Numbered from the stretch's first letter, positions 24,573 to 40,266 are shown. The stretch: DNA of 64,000 nucleotides from Eledone cirrhosa (GCA_964016885.1 OZ024748.1:25358001-25422000); one strand, 5' to 3'. The notes: generated by a model not told the origin, from the sequence alone. Program-made: numbers and translations.

Positions 24573-24581
24573 TCATCATAA

Positions 24582-24645
<64 letters not shown>

Positions 24646-24845
24646 CACATGAATCAAAGTTCTGTTCATACCATTTATTAGCTTACAATTGTTTCGACCA
24701 AACCGAGGTTTGTAGTCTTCGGAGCAATTTTTCAATGATTGTTTACATACATGACCTCCTTTCCAACACATACAGAAACATATTTAGTATCCATACATAA
24801 ATAGTATCCTTAATACTATATATATATATATATATATATTTTATG

Positions 24846-24922
<77 letters not shown>

Positions 24923-24998
24923 TATGTGTATGTATGCATATATATGTATGCATATGTATGTATATGTATATATACATACATATATTATATATATATAT

Positions 24999-25125
24999 AT
25001 AGGAACCAGTAAGACCCCGACGGCTGAGCTCAAGCCGTTTCGACGGCTAATTCTGAACTGAATCCGTCCAGAATTAGCCGTCGAAACGGCTTGAGCTCAG
25101 CTGTCGGGGTCTTACTGGTTCCTAT
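24999..25125. repeat. Palindrome built from the 3' half of an HHR (same family as 21403)
   Basis: About 60-bp arms around loop tgaatcc (25059-25065); element continues to about 25203 then (TA)n. Confidence 0.88.
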
Positions 25126-25201
25126 TACCCACTCTACTACCCCAAGTATTGAGTACTTTGGTGCGTTATGGTCCACCTGGTTCCTTACCACATTTCCTTC
25201 G

Positions 25202-25250
<49 letters not shown>

Positions 25251-25313
25251 ACGGAAAAAATGAAACGAAATTTCATTTCCCACTCTTAGTACGGCTGTTA
25301 CTTAAATATAAGT

Positions 25314-25501
25314 ATGTACACGTACATACATATATGTATACAGACGTACAGTAGTATGTACATATATATACATACATGCACATATATATATATGTACGTA
25401 TGTTCGGTGAATCCATACGTACATATATATATGTGTGCATGTATGTATATATATGTACATACTACTGTACGTCTGTATACATATATGTATGTACGTGTAC
25501 A
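25314..25501. repeat. About 190-bp hairpin of a TA/CA-rich element end (family of 5.6-6.7 and 7.8 kb)
   Basis: Arms around loop ttcggtgaatc at about 25403-25413. Confidence 0.75.
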
Positions 25502-25533
<32 letters not shown>

Positions 25534-25703
25534 AATGAAAAGTATAGAAAATATTGTAGCAAGAAGCCAACAGTATTCCATAATATATAAGTGACTATAG
25601 CGTCAAAATGGGAAAATAGTTAACATAAGATGTGGGAAAAATAATTCAAACTCAATTCAAAAAGAATCAGGATATAGATTCATCCAACAGAATTTATATA
25701 TAT

Positions 25704-25739
<36 letters not shown>

Positions 25740-25850
25740 AATATATACAATATGTTGATATGTTGAAAAGGTAACACACCAGAGAGAGATATACAGTGCG
25801 CTATCAATAAAACAGGGAAATAGCGAGGGCTTATGCCTCCGTTAATTTAT

Positions 25851-25910
<60 letters not shown>

Positions 25911-25942
25911 ATTATTATGTAATAAACAACATAAGGCAATTA

Positions 25943-26002
25943 TTCCATTTACCAGTGGTTTCTTAAAAGCAAAAGGTTTTGCTTTCAATCCTCAGAATGG
26001 AA
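25943..26002 (-). ncRNA. Type I hammerhead ribozyme
   Basis: ttccatt-CTGAGGA-ttgaaagcaaaa-cc-ttttgcttttaa-GAAAC-cactg-GTA-aatggaa; 7-bp stem I, 12-bp stem II. Confidence 0.82.
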
Positions 26003-26267
26003 AAAGCTGGTTTGTTTATTGAATTTGGATTACAAAACAAAAAATGCAATCTATATGAAAGTGAGGCTGGAGAAGGGAGAAGGAAAGGAAAAATAAAATA
26101 AAACGACGCATGCAAACACACACACAAAAAAACCCAAAAGCATACTTACACACACATACATATATACATATATATATGTGTGTACGCATACATATATACA
26201 CATCTCTGTTGCCTACATAGAGCACTCTTTTTTCCTGGACTTTTCCGATGGAATTACTTCATTTATT

Positions 26268-26350
<83 letters not shown>

Positions 26351-26352
<2 letters not shown>

Positions 26353-26474
26353 GTAGGAAAGTAAGAAATCGGAGAATAGGCCGTTAAAACATGTTTATTT
26401 AAAACAGCACCATTGTGGTGTTTTAAATAAACATGTTTTAACGGGCTATTCTCCGATTTCTTACTTTCCCACGT
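26351..26474. repeat. About 120-bp imperfect palindrome abutting (TA)n
   Basis: acgtaggaaagtaagaaatcggagaatag..ctattctccgatttcttactttcccacgt. Confidence 0.8.
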
Positions 26475-26634
26475 GCTTACGCTCTGCTAACTCTCTAGCC
26501 CACTAAATATTAACACTTCAAATATTTAATACTGCCGGCACTAGTATGGAGCACCTTTGGCATACGCTACTTGGCAAATAACTATATGTATCACCTATCC
26601 TCCCCTTTTTTTCTCTCTCTCGATACGTAAATAC

Positions 26635-26694
<60 letters not shown>

Positions 26695-26706
26695 TATACA
26701 TATATA

Positions 26707-26758
<52 letters not shown>

Positions 26759-26770
26759 TATACATATATA

Positions 26771-26836
<66 letters not shown>

Positions 26837-26955
26837 CATACTTTGGGAGGGTCATGTTGCCAATAAGAAACACACGCACCAGTTGTTTCACTTAATTTAT
26901 TATAATAAATTTATATTTGCGGACCGTGGGACGTATGTCCTATAGAAAGGAAATA

Positions 26956-27034
26956 GCTATCTGATGAAATCTACTTTCCGTTGGAAATTCTCTGAATTTC
27001 CAATCTTTTGTAGATGGAAACCGCCGGTAATAGC
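26956..27034 (+). ncRNA. Type I hammerhead ribozyme with long interrupted stem II
   Basis: gctat-CTGATGA-a-atctac..ttggaaatt-ctctg-aatttccaa..gtagat-g-GAAAC-cgccg-GTA-atagc. Confidence 0.82.
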
Positions 27035-28693
27035 ATTATGAACAGGTAGATATTTAAGGCATTTTTTAATTTATTTAAAGGATTGTTTAATGTTTGTTTG
27101 ATCTGCTCATCAATTTTTATAGTTCTGGTATCTCGAATTAGTACCATAGAACAACAATTATATTATAGACACCCTATATATCTCTATGGGAACTTAGTAC
27201 ACAGTGAGATATTTACCTCATTTTTATACATATATATATCTTACGGTCGAACAACGCACTATCTTCATCTTACAGACCCACACTCCCCCCCGGCCTGAAC
27301 TCCCCACCCTTATTCCTTTAGCGTTCGACCGCCCCCCTCCCCCCACACTTATCCCCCACTAACACCACTAACACACCCCTCCTTTTCACCGCCCACCCCA
27401 CACTAACAATACTAACACCTCCACTCCACCCCTCATCTGACCACCCTTCCCCAACTAACATACTAACATCCCTTCCCTCCCCTCTTCTCCTCCTCCCCCT
27501 CCTTATCACACGCGCACACGCACCCACTTACACCACCCACCCCACACTCAACTAACATCACTAACACCCTCCAACCCCACGCACACGTACCCACACACCC
27601 TTGTACACCACCAACTCTACACACCCTACCCCCACTAACCCCCACTCACACCTGCATTCCACCCCTCCCCATCTCCCGTATACTAACACCCACTAACACC
27701 TCTTCACCAAACTACACACACACCAGTACACCACACTCCCTCCATAGAACCACACACACCCTTCTCTCCCCGCTCCACACTCACTCATCCCACTAACACC
27801 CCTACTAATACACACACACACCCTCCTCACTCCAACTCTCACACCTACCCATCCTCGCCTCCCTATCATTCCGCCGACTGCTGCTATGCCCTTCCGACTA
27901 CTGTCTCAGCACCAACTGACCACAGCACTTCCACTGCTGACCACTTCCTGTTGCGCGCGCACCCCACATCTCTCCTCTTCCGACCACCGCTTCTTGGATT
28001 ACCCACACGCGTTATTGACTTCTAACCAAAATCTCCATACATCCGTGTAACTTACCAACTTTTCAACCATCCTCTTACACCATCACCTATATAACTCACC
28101 CACACACACACACCCCAATTTTTTTTTTTTTTTTTAATCCACACGCCACCCACACCCACAACACGCTTAAACCACCACACACACGTGCTTCCCACCACAT
28201 ATTTACACCCTCAGCCTCCTGATTCCTCTCCCCCCACCCCCCTATCCACACACGCACAGACCCTCCGACCCACAAAAAACACCCCCCACACACACCTTCC
28301 TGAACATGCAACCCCGTTCTTCCCCCAACCCTCACTTTCACCTACACACACACACACACACACACGCACACCAAACCACACACACCACCTTCAGCCCTCC
28401 CCGCTCGGACACCCCGTCTCCCTCTCCCCACTCCACCCGCCACCACCCCTACTCACCCACACCCTTCCACCACCTGTTTACCCCCCTTTTAATTTCAGTT
28501 TATTTTGATCAGGCCTTTATTTTTAAATTTTCTCATTCCTTGTATTTTGATCATGCTTTATTTTTTTTATTTATTATTTATTATATTTTTGTCTTTATTT
28601 GTTAATTTTTCATTCGCACTGTTTCCTTTCGCTATATGTCTCTCCACCACTCCCCTACACACCTTTTGAACTCTGTTCCCACACACTTCTCAC

Positions 28694-28724
28694 CTGAAGA
28701 AGGGCTTATGCCCGAAACGTCGTC
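28694..28724 (+). ncRNA. Hammerhead core lacking stem I (PLE-type 3' end)
   Basis: CTGAAGA-agggc-ttat-gccc-GAAAC-gtc-GTC; AATAAA at about 28760 then (TA)n; preceded by a C-rich low-complexity region 27.3-28.5 kb. Confidence 0.45.
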
Positions 28725-28809
28725 CCCCACCTACCCCCCACTCTCCTGAGTGTGAATTTAATAAACATTTATCGTACTGCCTCTCTGTTCTGTCCCTGTT
28801 CAATTTTTC

Positions 28810-28866
<57 letters not shown>

Positions 28867-28869
28867 AAT

Positions 28870-28901
<32 letters not shown>

Positions 28902-28902
28902 C

Positions 28903-28938
<36 letters not shown>

Positions 28939-29104
28939 ATTAGTATCTTCTATGCTGGAGTGAGAAATACAATTTTAATTATATACACACACACACACAA
29001 ACACACACATGTGTATATATATATATATAAAGTATTTACTAGCACATAGAATCCCAACTCACTCAATTTCTCACTTATTACATCCACTTTTCTTCTGTCG
29101 CCTC

Positions 29105-32100
29105 AGCAACATCAGCACCACCACCACCACCAACACCACCACCAACACCACCACCAACACCAACACCACCGACACCACCACCAACACCAACACCGACACC
29201 ACCACCAACAACACCAGCAACACCACCAGCACCACCACCAACACCACCACCAACACCACCACCAACACCACCGACACCACCACCAACACCAACACCACCA
29301 CCACCGACACCAACATCAACACCACCGACACCACCACCACCACCGACACCACCAGCAACACCACCAGCACCACCACCAACACCACCACCAACACCACCAC
29401 CAACACCACCGACACCACCACCAACACCAACACCGACACCACCACCAACACCACCACCAACACCACCGACACCAACACCAACACCACCACCAACACCAAC
29501 ACCACCGACACCACCACCAACACCAACACCACCACTACCGACACCAACATCAACACCACCACCAACACCACCGACACCACCATCAACACCAACACCAACA
29601 CCACTGACACCAACACCACCACCAACACCACCGACACCACCAACAACACCACCGACACCACCACCAACACCAACACCACCGACACCACCACCAACACCAA
29701 CACCACCGACACCAACATCAACACCACCACCAACACCACAGACACCACCAACAACACCACCGACACCACCACCAACACCACCAACACCACCAACACCACC
29801 GACACCACCACCAACACCACCACCAACACCACCGACACCAACACCAACACCACCACCAACACCACCGACACCAACACCAACAACACCACCAACACCACCG
29901 ACACCATCACCAACACCACCGACACCACCACCAACACCACCACCAACACCACCGACACCAACACCACCGACACCACCACCAACACCACCGACACCACCAA
30001 CAACACCACCGACACCACCACCAACACCACCAACACCACTACCAACATCAACACCACCAACACCATCAGCACCAACAACACTACTACCAACACCAGCACC
30101 AACAACAACACCAACACCAACACCAACACCACCACTACCAACACAAACAACACCACTACCAACACCAACACCACCAACACCAACAACAACACCACCAACA
30201 CCACCACCAACATCAACACCACCAACACCATCAGCACCAACAACACTACTACCAACACCAGCACCAACAACAACACCAACACCAACACCAACACCACCAC
30301 TACCAACACAAACAACACCACTACCAACACCAACACCACCAACACCAACAACAACACCACCAACACCACCACCAACACCAACACCATCAACACCAACACC
30401 AACACCAACACCAGCAACACCAACAACAACACCAACACCACCAACACCACCAACACCAACACCACCAACACCAACACCAACAACAACACCACCAACACCA
30501 ACACCAACACCACCAACACCAACAACAACACCAACAACACCAACAACAACACCAACAACACAACCAGCACCAACACCAACACCACCAACACCACCAACAC
30601 TAACACCACCACCATCACCAACACCACCAACACCACCAACACCAACACCGACACCACCAACAACAACACCACCAACACCACCAACACCACCAACAACAAC
30701 ACCAGCAAACCAACAACACCAACACCAACACCAACACCAACACCAACAGCAACACCACCAACAACAACACCACCAACACCACCAACACCACCACCAACAC
30801 CACCAGCACCAACACCAACACCAACACCAACACCAACACCACCAACGCCACCAACAACAACAACACCACCAACACCAACCCCACCAACACCACCAACACA
30901 ACCAACACCAACAGCACCACCACCACCACCAGCACCAACACCAACACCACCACCAACACCACCAACACCAACACCACCACCAACACCAACACCAACACCA
31001 ACATCGCCAACACCACCAACAACAACACCACCAACACCAACACAACCAGCACCAACAACACCACCACCAACAACAAATCCACTACCAACACCGACACCAC
31101 CAACAACAACACCACCAACACCACCAACACCACCAACAACAACACCAGCAACACCAACACCAACAACACCAACACCAACAGCAACACCACCAACACCACC
31201 AACAACAACAGCACCAACACCACCAACACCACCACCAACACCACCAACACCACCAGCACCGACACCAACACCACCAACAACAACACCACCAACAACAACA
31301 CCACCACCACCAACACCAACACCACCAACACCTCCAACAACAACACCACCAACACCAACACCAACACCACCAACGCCAACACCACCACCACCAACACCAA
31401 CACCAACACCAACAGCAACACCACCAACACCACCAACAACAACACCACCAACACCAACAACACCACCACCAACAACAACACCACCACCAACAACAACACC
31501 ACTACCAACACCAACACCACCAACACCACCAACACCAACACCGACACCACCGACAACAACACCACCAACACCACCAACACCACCAACGACAACACCAGCA
31601 ACACCAACAACACCAACACCAACACCAACAACAACACCAACAGCAACACCACCAACACCACCAACAACAACACCACCAACACCACCAACACCACCAACAC
31701 CACCACCACCACCAACACCAACAGCAACACCAACACCAACCCCACCAACACCACCAACACAACCAACACCAACACCACCACCAACACCACCAGCACCAAC
31801 ACCAACACCAACACCAACATCACTAACACCACCAACAACAACAACACCACCAACACCAACACCACCAACACCACCAACACCACCACCAACACCAACACCA
31901 ACACCACCACCAACACCAACACCAACATCACCAACAACACCAACAACAACAACACCACCAACACCAACACCACCAACACCACCAACACCACCAACAACAG
32001 CAACACCAACACCTTCACCGCCAACACCACCAACACCACCAACACCAACACCAACACCACCAACACCACCAACACCAACACCACCACCAACACCACCAGC

Positions 32101-33603
32101 AACAACACCAGCAACAACAACACCACCACCACCAACACCAACACCACCAACACCACCAACAACAATACCACCACCAACAACAACAACACCACCAACACCA
32201 ACACCACCACCACTACCACCACCAACACCACCAACACCAACAACAACACCACCAACACCACCAACACCAACACCACCAACACCTCCAACAACAACACCAC
32301 CAACACCAACACCAACACCACCAACACCAACACCAACACCAACACTACCAACACCACCAACACCAACACCACCACCAACACCACCAGCAACAACACCACC
32401 AACAACAATACCACCACCAGCAACACCAACACCACCAACACCACCAACAACACCACCAACACCAACACCAATACCACCAACACCACCAACACCACCAACA
32501 CCACCAACACCACCAACACCAACACCACCACCAACACCACCACCAACACCAACACCACCACCAACAGCACCAACACCACCACGAACACCACCAACACCAC
32601 CACCAACACGACCAACACCAACAACACCACCAACAACACCAACACCAACACCACGAACACCACCAACACCACCACCAACACCACCAGCAACACCACTAAC
32701 ACCACCAACACCACCACCAACACCACCACCACCAACACCACCACCAACACCAACACCAACACCACCAACACCAACAACACCACCAACAACACCACCAACA
32801 ACACCAACATCACCAACACTAACAACAACACCACCAACACCACCAATACCAACACCACCAGCACCACCAACACCACCAACACCAACACCAACAACACCAC
32901 CACCAACAACAACACCACCAACAACAACACCACCAACACCAACACCACCACCACCAACAACACCACCAACACCACCACCACCACCACCAACATCAACAAC
33001 ACCACCACCAACACCACCACCAACACCAACACCACCACCAACACCAACATCAACACCACCAACACCACCACCAACACCACCAACACCAACACCAACACCA
33101 ACACCACCAACACCACCAACAACAAAACGACCAATACCAACAACAACACCACCAACAACAACACCACTACCAACACCAACACCACCAACACCACCAACAC
33201 CACCAACACCACCACCACCACCAACACCACCAGCACCAACACCAACACCAACACCACCAACACCACCAACACCACCACCACCACCAACACCACCAACACC
33301 AACACCACCAACACCAACACCAACAGCAACACCACCAACACCACCAACAACAACACCACCAACACCAACACCACCAACAACAACACCACTACCAACACCA
33401 ACACCACCAACAACACCAACACCAACAACACCACCAACACCAACAACACCACCAACAACAACACCACCAACACCAACACCACCAACACCAACACCAACAC
33501 CACCACCACCACCACCAACAACAACAACACCACCAACACCACCACCACCAACACCAACACCAACAACACCACCACCAACACCACCACCAACACCAATACC
33601 AAC

Positions 33604-33635
<32 letters not shown>

Positions 33636-34245
33636 CACCACCAACACCACCACCACCAACACCACCAACACCACCACCAACACCAACACCACCAACACCA
33701 CCACCAACACCACCACCAACATCACCAACACCAACAACACCACCAACAACACCAACACCAACACCACCAACACCACCAACACCACCACCAACACCAACAC
33801 CAACACCAACACCAACACCACCACCACCAACACCAACACCACCACCAACACCAACACCACCACCAACACCAACACCAACACCACCACCAACACCAACACC
33901 ACAACCAACACCAACACCAACACCAACACCACCAACACCTCCACCAACACCACCAACACCACCAACACCAAGAACACCACCATCACCACCAACTCCACCA
34001 ACACCAACAACAACACCAACACCACCACCAACACCAACACCACCAACACCACCAACACCAACACCAACAACACCACCAACACCAACAACACCACCAACAA
34101 CAACACCACCAACACCAGCACCAACACCACCAACACCAACACCAACACCACCACCACCAACAACAACAACACCACCAACACCACCACCACCAACACCAAC
34201 ACCACCAACACCACCACCAACAACACCACCAACACCAATACCAAC

Positions 34246-34276
<31 letters not shown>

Positions 34277-36948
34277 CCACCAACACCACCACCACCAACA
34301 CCACCAACACCACCACCAACACCAACTCCACCAACACCACCACCAACACCACCACCAACGTCACCAACACCAACAACACCACCAACAACACCAACACCAA
34401 CACCACCAACACCACCAACACCACCACCAACACCACAAACACCAATACCACCACCAACAACACCAACACCAACGCCAACACCAACACCAACACCACCACC
34501 ACCAACACCAACACCACCACCAACACCAACACCACCACCAACACCAACACCAACACCAACACCACCAACACCTCCACCAACACCACCAACACCACCAACA
34601 CCAAGAACACCACCATCACCACCAACTCCACCAACACCAACAACAACACCAACACCACCACCAACACCAACACCACCAACACCACCAACACCAACACCAA
34701 CAACACCACCAACACCAACAACACCACCAACAACAACACCACCAACACCAACACCAACACCACCAACACCAACACCAACACCACCACCACCAACAACAAC
34801 AACACCACCAACACCACCACCACCAACACCAACACCAACAACACCACCACCAACAACACCAACACCAACAGCACCACCACCACCAACAACAACAACAACA
34901 CCACCAACACCACCACCACCAACACCAACAACACCACCACAAACACCACCACCAACACCAACACCAACACCACCAACAACAACAACACCACCAACACCAC
35001 CACCCTCACCACCACCAACACCACCACCAACACCACCACCAGCACCAACACCACCACCACCACCACCAATAACAACACCACCAACACCACCACCATCACC
35101 ACCAACACCACCAACACCACCACCAACACTACCACCAACACCACCACCAACACCAACACCAACACCACCAACACCACCACCAACACCACCAACACCACCA
35201 ACAACAACACCACCAATACCACCAACACCACCAACAGCACCACCACCACCACCAACAACAACACCACCAACACCACCAACACCAACACCACCAACACCTC
35301 CAACAACAACACCACCAACACCAACACCAACACCAACACCACCAACAACAACACCACCACCACCAACACCAACACCAACACCAACAGCAACACCAACACA
35401 AACACCACCACCAACACCAACACCACCACCAACACCAACACCACCAACAACAACAACACCACCAACTCCACCAACACCACCACCAACACCACCACCAACA
35501 CCACCAACACCACCAACAACACCAACACCAACACCACCAACACCACCAACACCACCACCAACACCACAAACACCAATACCACCACCAACAACACCAACAC
35601 CAACACCAACACCACCACCACCAACACCAACACCATCAACACCACCACCAACACCACCACCAACACCAACACCAACACCACCACCAACACCAACACCAAC
35701 ACCACCAACACCTCCACCAACACCACCAACACCACCAACACCAAGAACACCACCATCACCACCAACTCCACCAACACCAACAACAACACCACCAACACCA
35801 CCTCCAACACCACCAACACCAACACCACCACCAACACCACCACCAACACCACCACCAACACCACCACCAACACCAAAACCAACACCACCAACACCACCAC
35901 CAACACCAACAACACCACCACCAACACCACCACCAACACCAACACCAACACCACCACCAACACCACCAATAACAACACCACCAACACCACCACCATCACC
36001 ACCAACACCAACAACACCACCACCAACACCCCCACCAACACCAACACCACTACCAACAACAACAACACCACCACCACCAACAACACCACCAACACCACCA
36101 CCAACAACAACAACACCACCACCACCAACAACAACAACACCACCAACACCACCAACAACAACACCACCAATACCACCGACACCACCACCAACACCAACAC
36201 CACCAACACCAACACCAACCCCAACACCAACACCACCACCAACACCAACACCAACACCACCAACACCACCAACACCACCACCAATACCATCAACACCAAC
36301 ACCAACACCAACACCACCACCAACACCAACACCACTACCAACACCACCACCAACACCACCACCAACACCACCACCAACACCAACACCAACACCAACACCA
36401 CCACCAACACCAACACCACCAACACCACCACCACCAACACCACCAATACCACCAACACCACCTCCAACACCACCAACACCAACACCACCACCAACACCAC
36501 CACCAACACCACCAGCAACACCACTAACACCACCAACACCACTAACACCACCAACAACCACCACCAACACCACCAACACCACCAACAACAACACCAACAC
36601 CAACACCACCAACAACACCAACACCACCAACACCACCACCAACACCACCACCAACACCACCACCAACACCACCACCAACACCAACACCACCACCAACACC
36701 AACACCAACACCAACACCACCACCAACACCACCACCAACACCAACACCAACACCAACACCACCACCAACACCAACACCAACACCACCAACAACACCAACA
36801 CCACCAACACCACCAACACCACCACCAACACCACCACCAACACCACCACCAACACCAACACCAACACCACCACCACCACCATCAACACCAACACCAACAC
36901 CACCAACACCAACACCAACACCACCACCAACACCACCACCAACACTAC
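29105..36948. repeat. About 7.8-kb degenerate (CCA/CAA)n array
   Basis: Almost exclusively C and A on the + strand; recurrent variant blocks. Confidence 0.95.
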
Positions 36949-37024
36949 TGCATCTTCAATATTCCACTTGGCTATATTCCTTCCTTCTTTAATCCAACCG
37001 TTTTTCTTCTACCCAACCAGACTG

Positions 37025-38082
37025 CCAACCATTCAACCATCCACCCAACCATCAACCTAACCATCCAGCTACCATCCCAGCCAACCATCCAACTATTCAA
37101 CCATCCAACCATCCACCCAACCATCAACCTAACCATCCAGCTACCATCCCAGCCAACCATCCAACTTTTCAACCATCCAACCATCCACCTAACCATCAAC
37201 CTAACCATCCAGCTAACATCCCTGCCAACCATCGAACTAATCAACCATCTAACCATCCACCCAACCATCAACCTAACCATCCAGCTACCCTCCCAGCCAA
37301 CCATCGAACTAATCAACCATCCAACCATCCACCCAACCATCAACCTAACCATCCAGCTACCCTCCCAGCCAACCATCGAACTAATCAACCATCCAACCAT
37401 CCACCCAACCATCAACCTAACCATCCAGCTAACATCCCTGCCAACCATCGAACTATTCAACCAGCCAACCATCCACCCAACCATCAACCTAACCATCCAG
37501 CTACCATCCCAGCCAAACATCCAACTATCCAACCATTCAACCATCCACCCAACCATCAACCTAACCATCCAGCTACTCTCTCAGCCAACCATCCAACTCT
37601 TCAACCATTCAACCATCCACCTAACCATCAACCTAACCATCCAGCTACCCTCTCAGCCAGCCAGCCAACTATTCAACCATTCAACCATCCACCCAACCAT
37701 CAACCTAACTATCCAGCTACCCTCCCAGCCAGCCATCCAACTATTAAACCATTCACCCAACCATCAACCTAACCATCCAGCTACCATCCCAGCCAACCAT
37801 CGAACTATTCAACCAGCCAACCATCCACCCAACCATCAACCTAACCATCCAGCTAACATCCCAGCCAGCCATCCAACTATTCAACCATCCATCAACCATC
37901 AACCTAACCATCCAGCTACCATCCAACCATCCACCCAACCATCAACCTAACCATCCAGCTACCATCCCAGCCAACCATCCAACTAATCAACCATCCAACC
38001 ATCCACACAACCATCAACCTAAACATCCAGCTACCCTCCCAGCCAACCATCCAACCATCAACCTAACCATCCAGCTACCATC
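37025..38082. repeat. 72-bp minisatellite built from CCAT/CCAA tetramers
   Basis: ccatcaacctaa recurs at 37049, 37121, 37193 and onward. Confidence 0.9.
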
Positions 38083-38852
38083 CCTGTTCTCCAATCTGTG
38101 CCGCTCTCCCGTCTCAGTAACCACCACAGAGGTTTTCGTAGAGCCATTTCTAAAGAGAATTTGCTCTTCCCAGCTGTCCCAGCTCTTCCCAGCTGTCTCC
38201 TTCCCATGGAGAAATTCGCCGTAAACAATATCGCACATGCCATCAGTAAATCATTTCATCTTATCCGGCATCTACTTATAAGTTCTACCCTCGTCTAATC
38301 TTTTGGATTAAAGTGTTCGTCAGATACTACAATAACAGCATGCACAGGTGGGATTCTGAACCATCTTTTAACAATTCTGATGCGCTCAAAAGCCAGGCTA
38401 TTACACCCGCTGCACATTAATGACTTATATCATCCCTCTTACCTCTCCATTTATTTCCCATATGGCAAACACCATCTATGCGCAACCCAGTTCACTTTTC
38501 CGACCTGAAATGACTCCATCCATAGATGTATTTAATGATAATTTAGTTTTCCTCGACTGCACAAATAAGATCAAACAATATTTTCACCTCACTCTCTATA
38601 ATCAAGTTGATACTAAACCCCAAATTATCACGGATCTAGTTTTTACGATCTTAGTTCATTCTTAATTTGTTGTTTACAATATAGCCAAAATATGAGACCT
38701 GAAAATCAGGTTTCCTCTTTAGAATATTTGCCTACAAACCTGAAATGAGTCGACAAAAGAATACGACCACCATATCTAAGGAGATGTTTGACATACAAAC
38801 CCCATTATTTTATACAAACAAAAGCCATTCAACACATCACCATACCATTGTG

Positions 38853-39150
38853 TAGAGACGTGGTTAAAATTTCCGGCTCACAATCGTAAAGTTGTGAGTT
38901 CGAGTCCCGGCAGCGCGTTATGTCCTTGTGCAAGATACTTTATTTCACGTTTCTCCAGTCCATCCAACTGGAAAAATGAGTTGTTCGTGTAGTTCAAAGA
39001 GATAACCATGTCACACACTGTGTCATGTTAAATCTCCTTGAGAACTTCGATAAAGGGTACACGTGTCTGTGAAACACCCAGGCAGTTGCACGTTAATTTC
39101 ACGAGCAGGCTTCTGTTTTGTTGATCAAACAACTAGAACACTCGTCGTCC
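38853..39150 (+). mobile_element. tRNA-derived SINE (second family)
   Basis: gtggttaa A-box remnant, GAGTTCGAGTCC B box, followed by tgtccttgtgcaagatact body. Confidence 0.65.
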
Positions 39151-39264
39151 AACACACACACACACGCGCGCGCACACACTCGTCAGAGAAAGGACATGGC
39201 ACATGACCCATTTATCGATTTCCCGCATTAACTGCTTGGCTCAATTCTTTATTGGTCATCAATT

Positions 39265-40266
39265 CTTTTGAGTTCCCTCCAGATTTGAGCCAAGAAATAG
39301 TTTTATTGAGAGAGTCGCCCTTGAGTACCCTCCAGAGCTGAGTCAAGAATTACGTTTATTGGGGGAGTCGCTTTTGAGTTCCTCCGGTATTGAGCCAAGA
39401 ATTACTTTTATTGGGGAGACTCCCTTGAGTTCCTCCAGCGTTGAGCCAAGAATTACTTTTATTGGGTGAGTCTCCCTGGAGTTCCCTCCAGCGTTGAGCC
39501 AAGAATTACTTTGATTGGGGAAGTTTCCCTTGAGTTCCCTCCAGCGTTGAGCCAAGAATTACTTTTATTGGGGGAGTTTCCCTTGAGTTCCCTCCAGCGT
39601 TGAGTCAAGAATTACTTTGATTGGGGAAGTTTCCCTTGAGTTCCCTCCAGCGTTGAGCCAAGAATTACTTTGATTGGGGAAGTTTCCCTTGAGTTCCCTC
39701 CAGCGTTGAGCCAAGAATTACTTTTATTGGGGGAGTTTCCCTTGAGTTCCCTCCAGCGTTGAGTCAAGAATTACTTTGATTGGGGAAGTTTCCCTTGAGT
39801 TCCCTCCAGCGTTGAGCCAAGAATTACTTTTATTGGGGGAGTCTCCCTGGAGTTCCCTCCAGCGTTGAGTCAAGAATTACTTTGATTGGGGAAGTTTCCC
39901 TTGAGTTCCCTCCTGCGTTGAGTCAAGAATTACTTTTATTGGGGGAGTTTGCCTGGAGTTCCCTCCAGCGTTGAGCCAAGAATTACTTTTATTGGGGGTG
40001 TCTCCCTGGAGTTCTCTCCAGCGTTGAGCCAAGAATTACTTTTATTGGGGGAGTCTCCCTTGAGTTCCTCCAGCGTTGAGCCAAGAAATAGTTTTATTGG
40101 GGAGTCTCCCTTGAGTTCCTCTAGCGTTGAGCCAAGAATTACTTTTATTGGGGGAGTTTGCCTGGAGTTCCCTCTAGCGTTGAGCCAAGAATTAGTTTTA
40201 TTGGGGAAGTTTCCCTTGAGTTCCCTCCTGCGTTGAGTCAAGAATTAGTTTTATTGAGGGAGTCTC
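39265..40266. repeat. About 53-bp minisatellite (about 19 copies)
   Basis: Consensus gttgagccaagaattacttttattgggggagtttcccttgagttccctccagc; period 53 (39546 to 39599). Confidence 0.92.

Noticed and set aside
29009-37060. 2683-aa Thr/Asn/Pro-rich mucin- or extensin-like ORF (and antisense Val/Gly ORFs)
   Set aside because: A nearly T-free C/A repeat cannot contain stop codons; the start lies in a (TA)n tract, composition flips with 1-nt phase shifts, and there is no signal peptide or domain.
39265-40266. CRISPR-like appearance of the 53-bp array
   Set aside because: The whole unit is repeated with no unique spacers, no cas genes, eukaryotic context.
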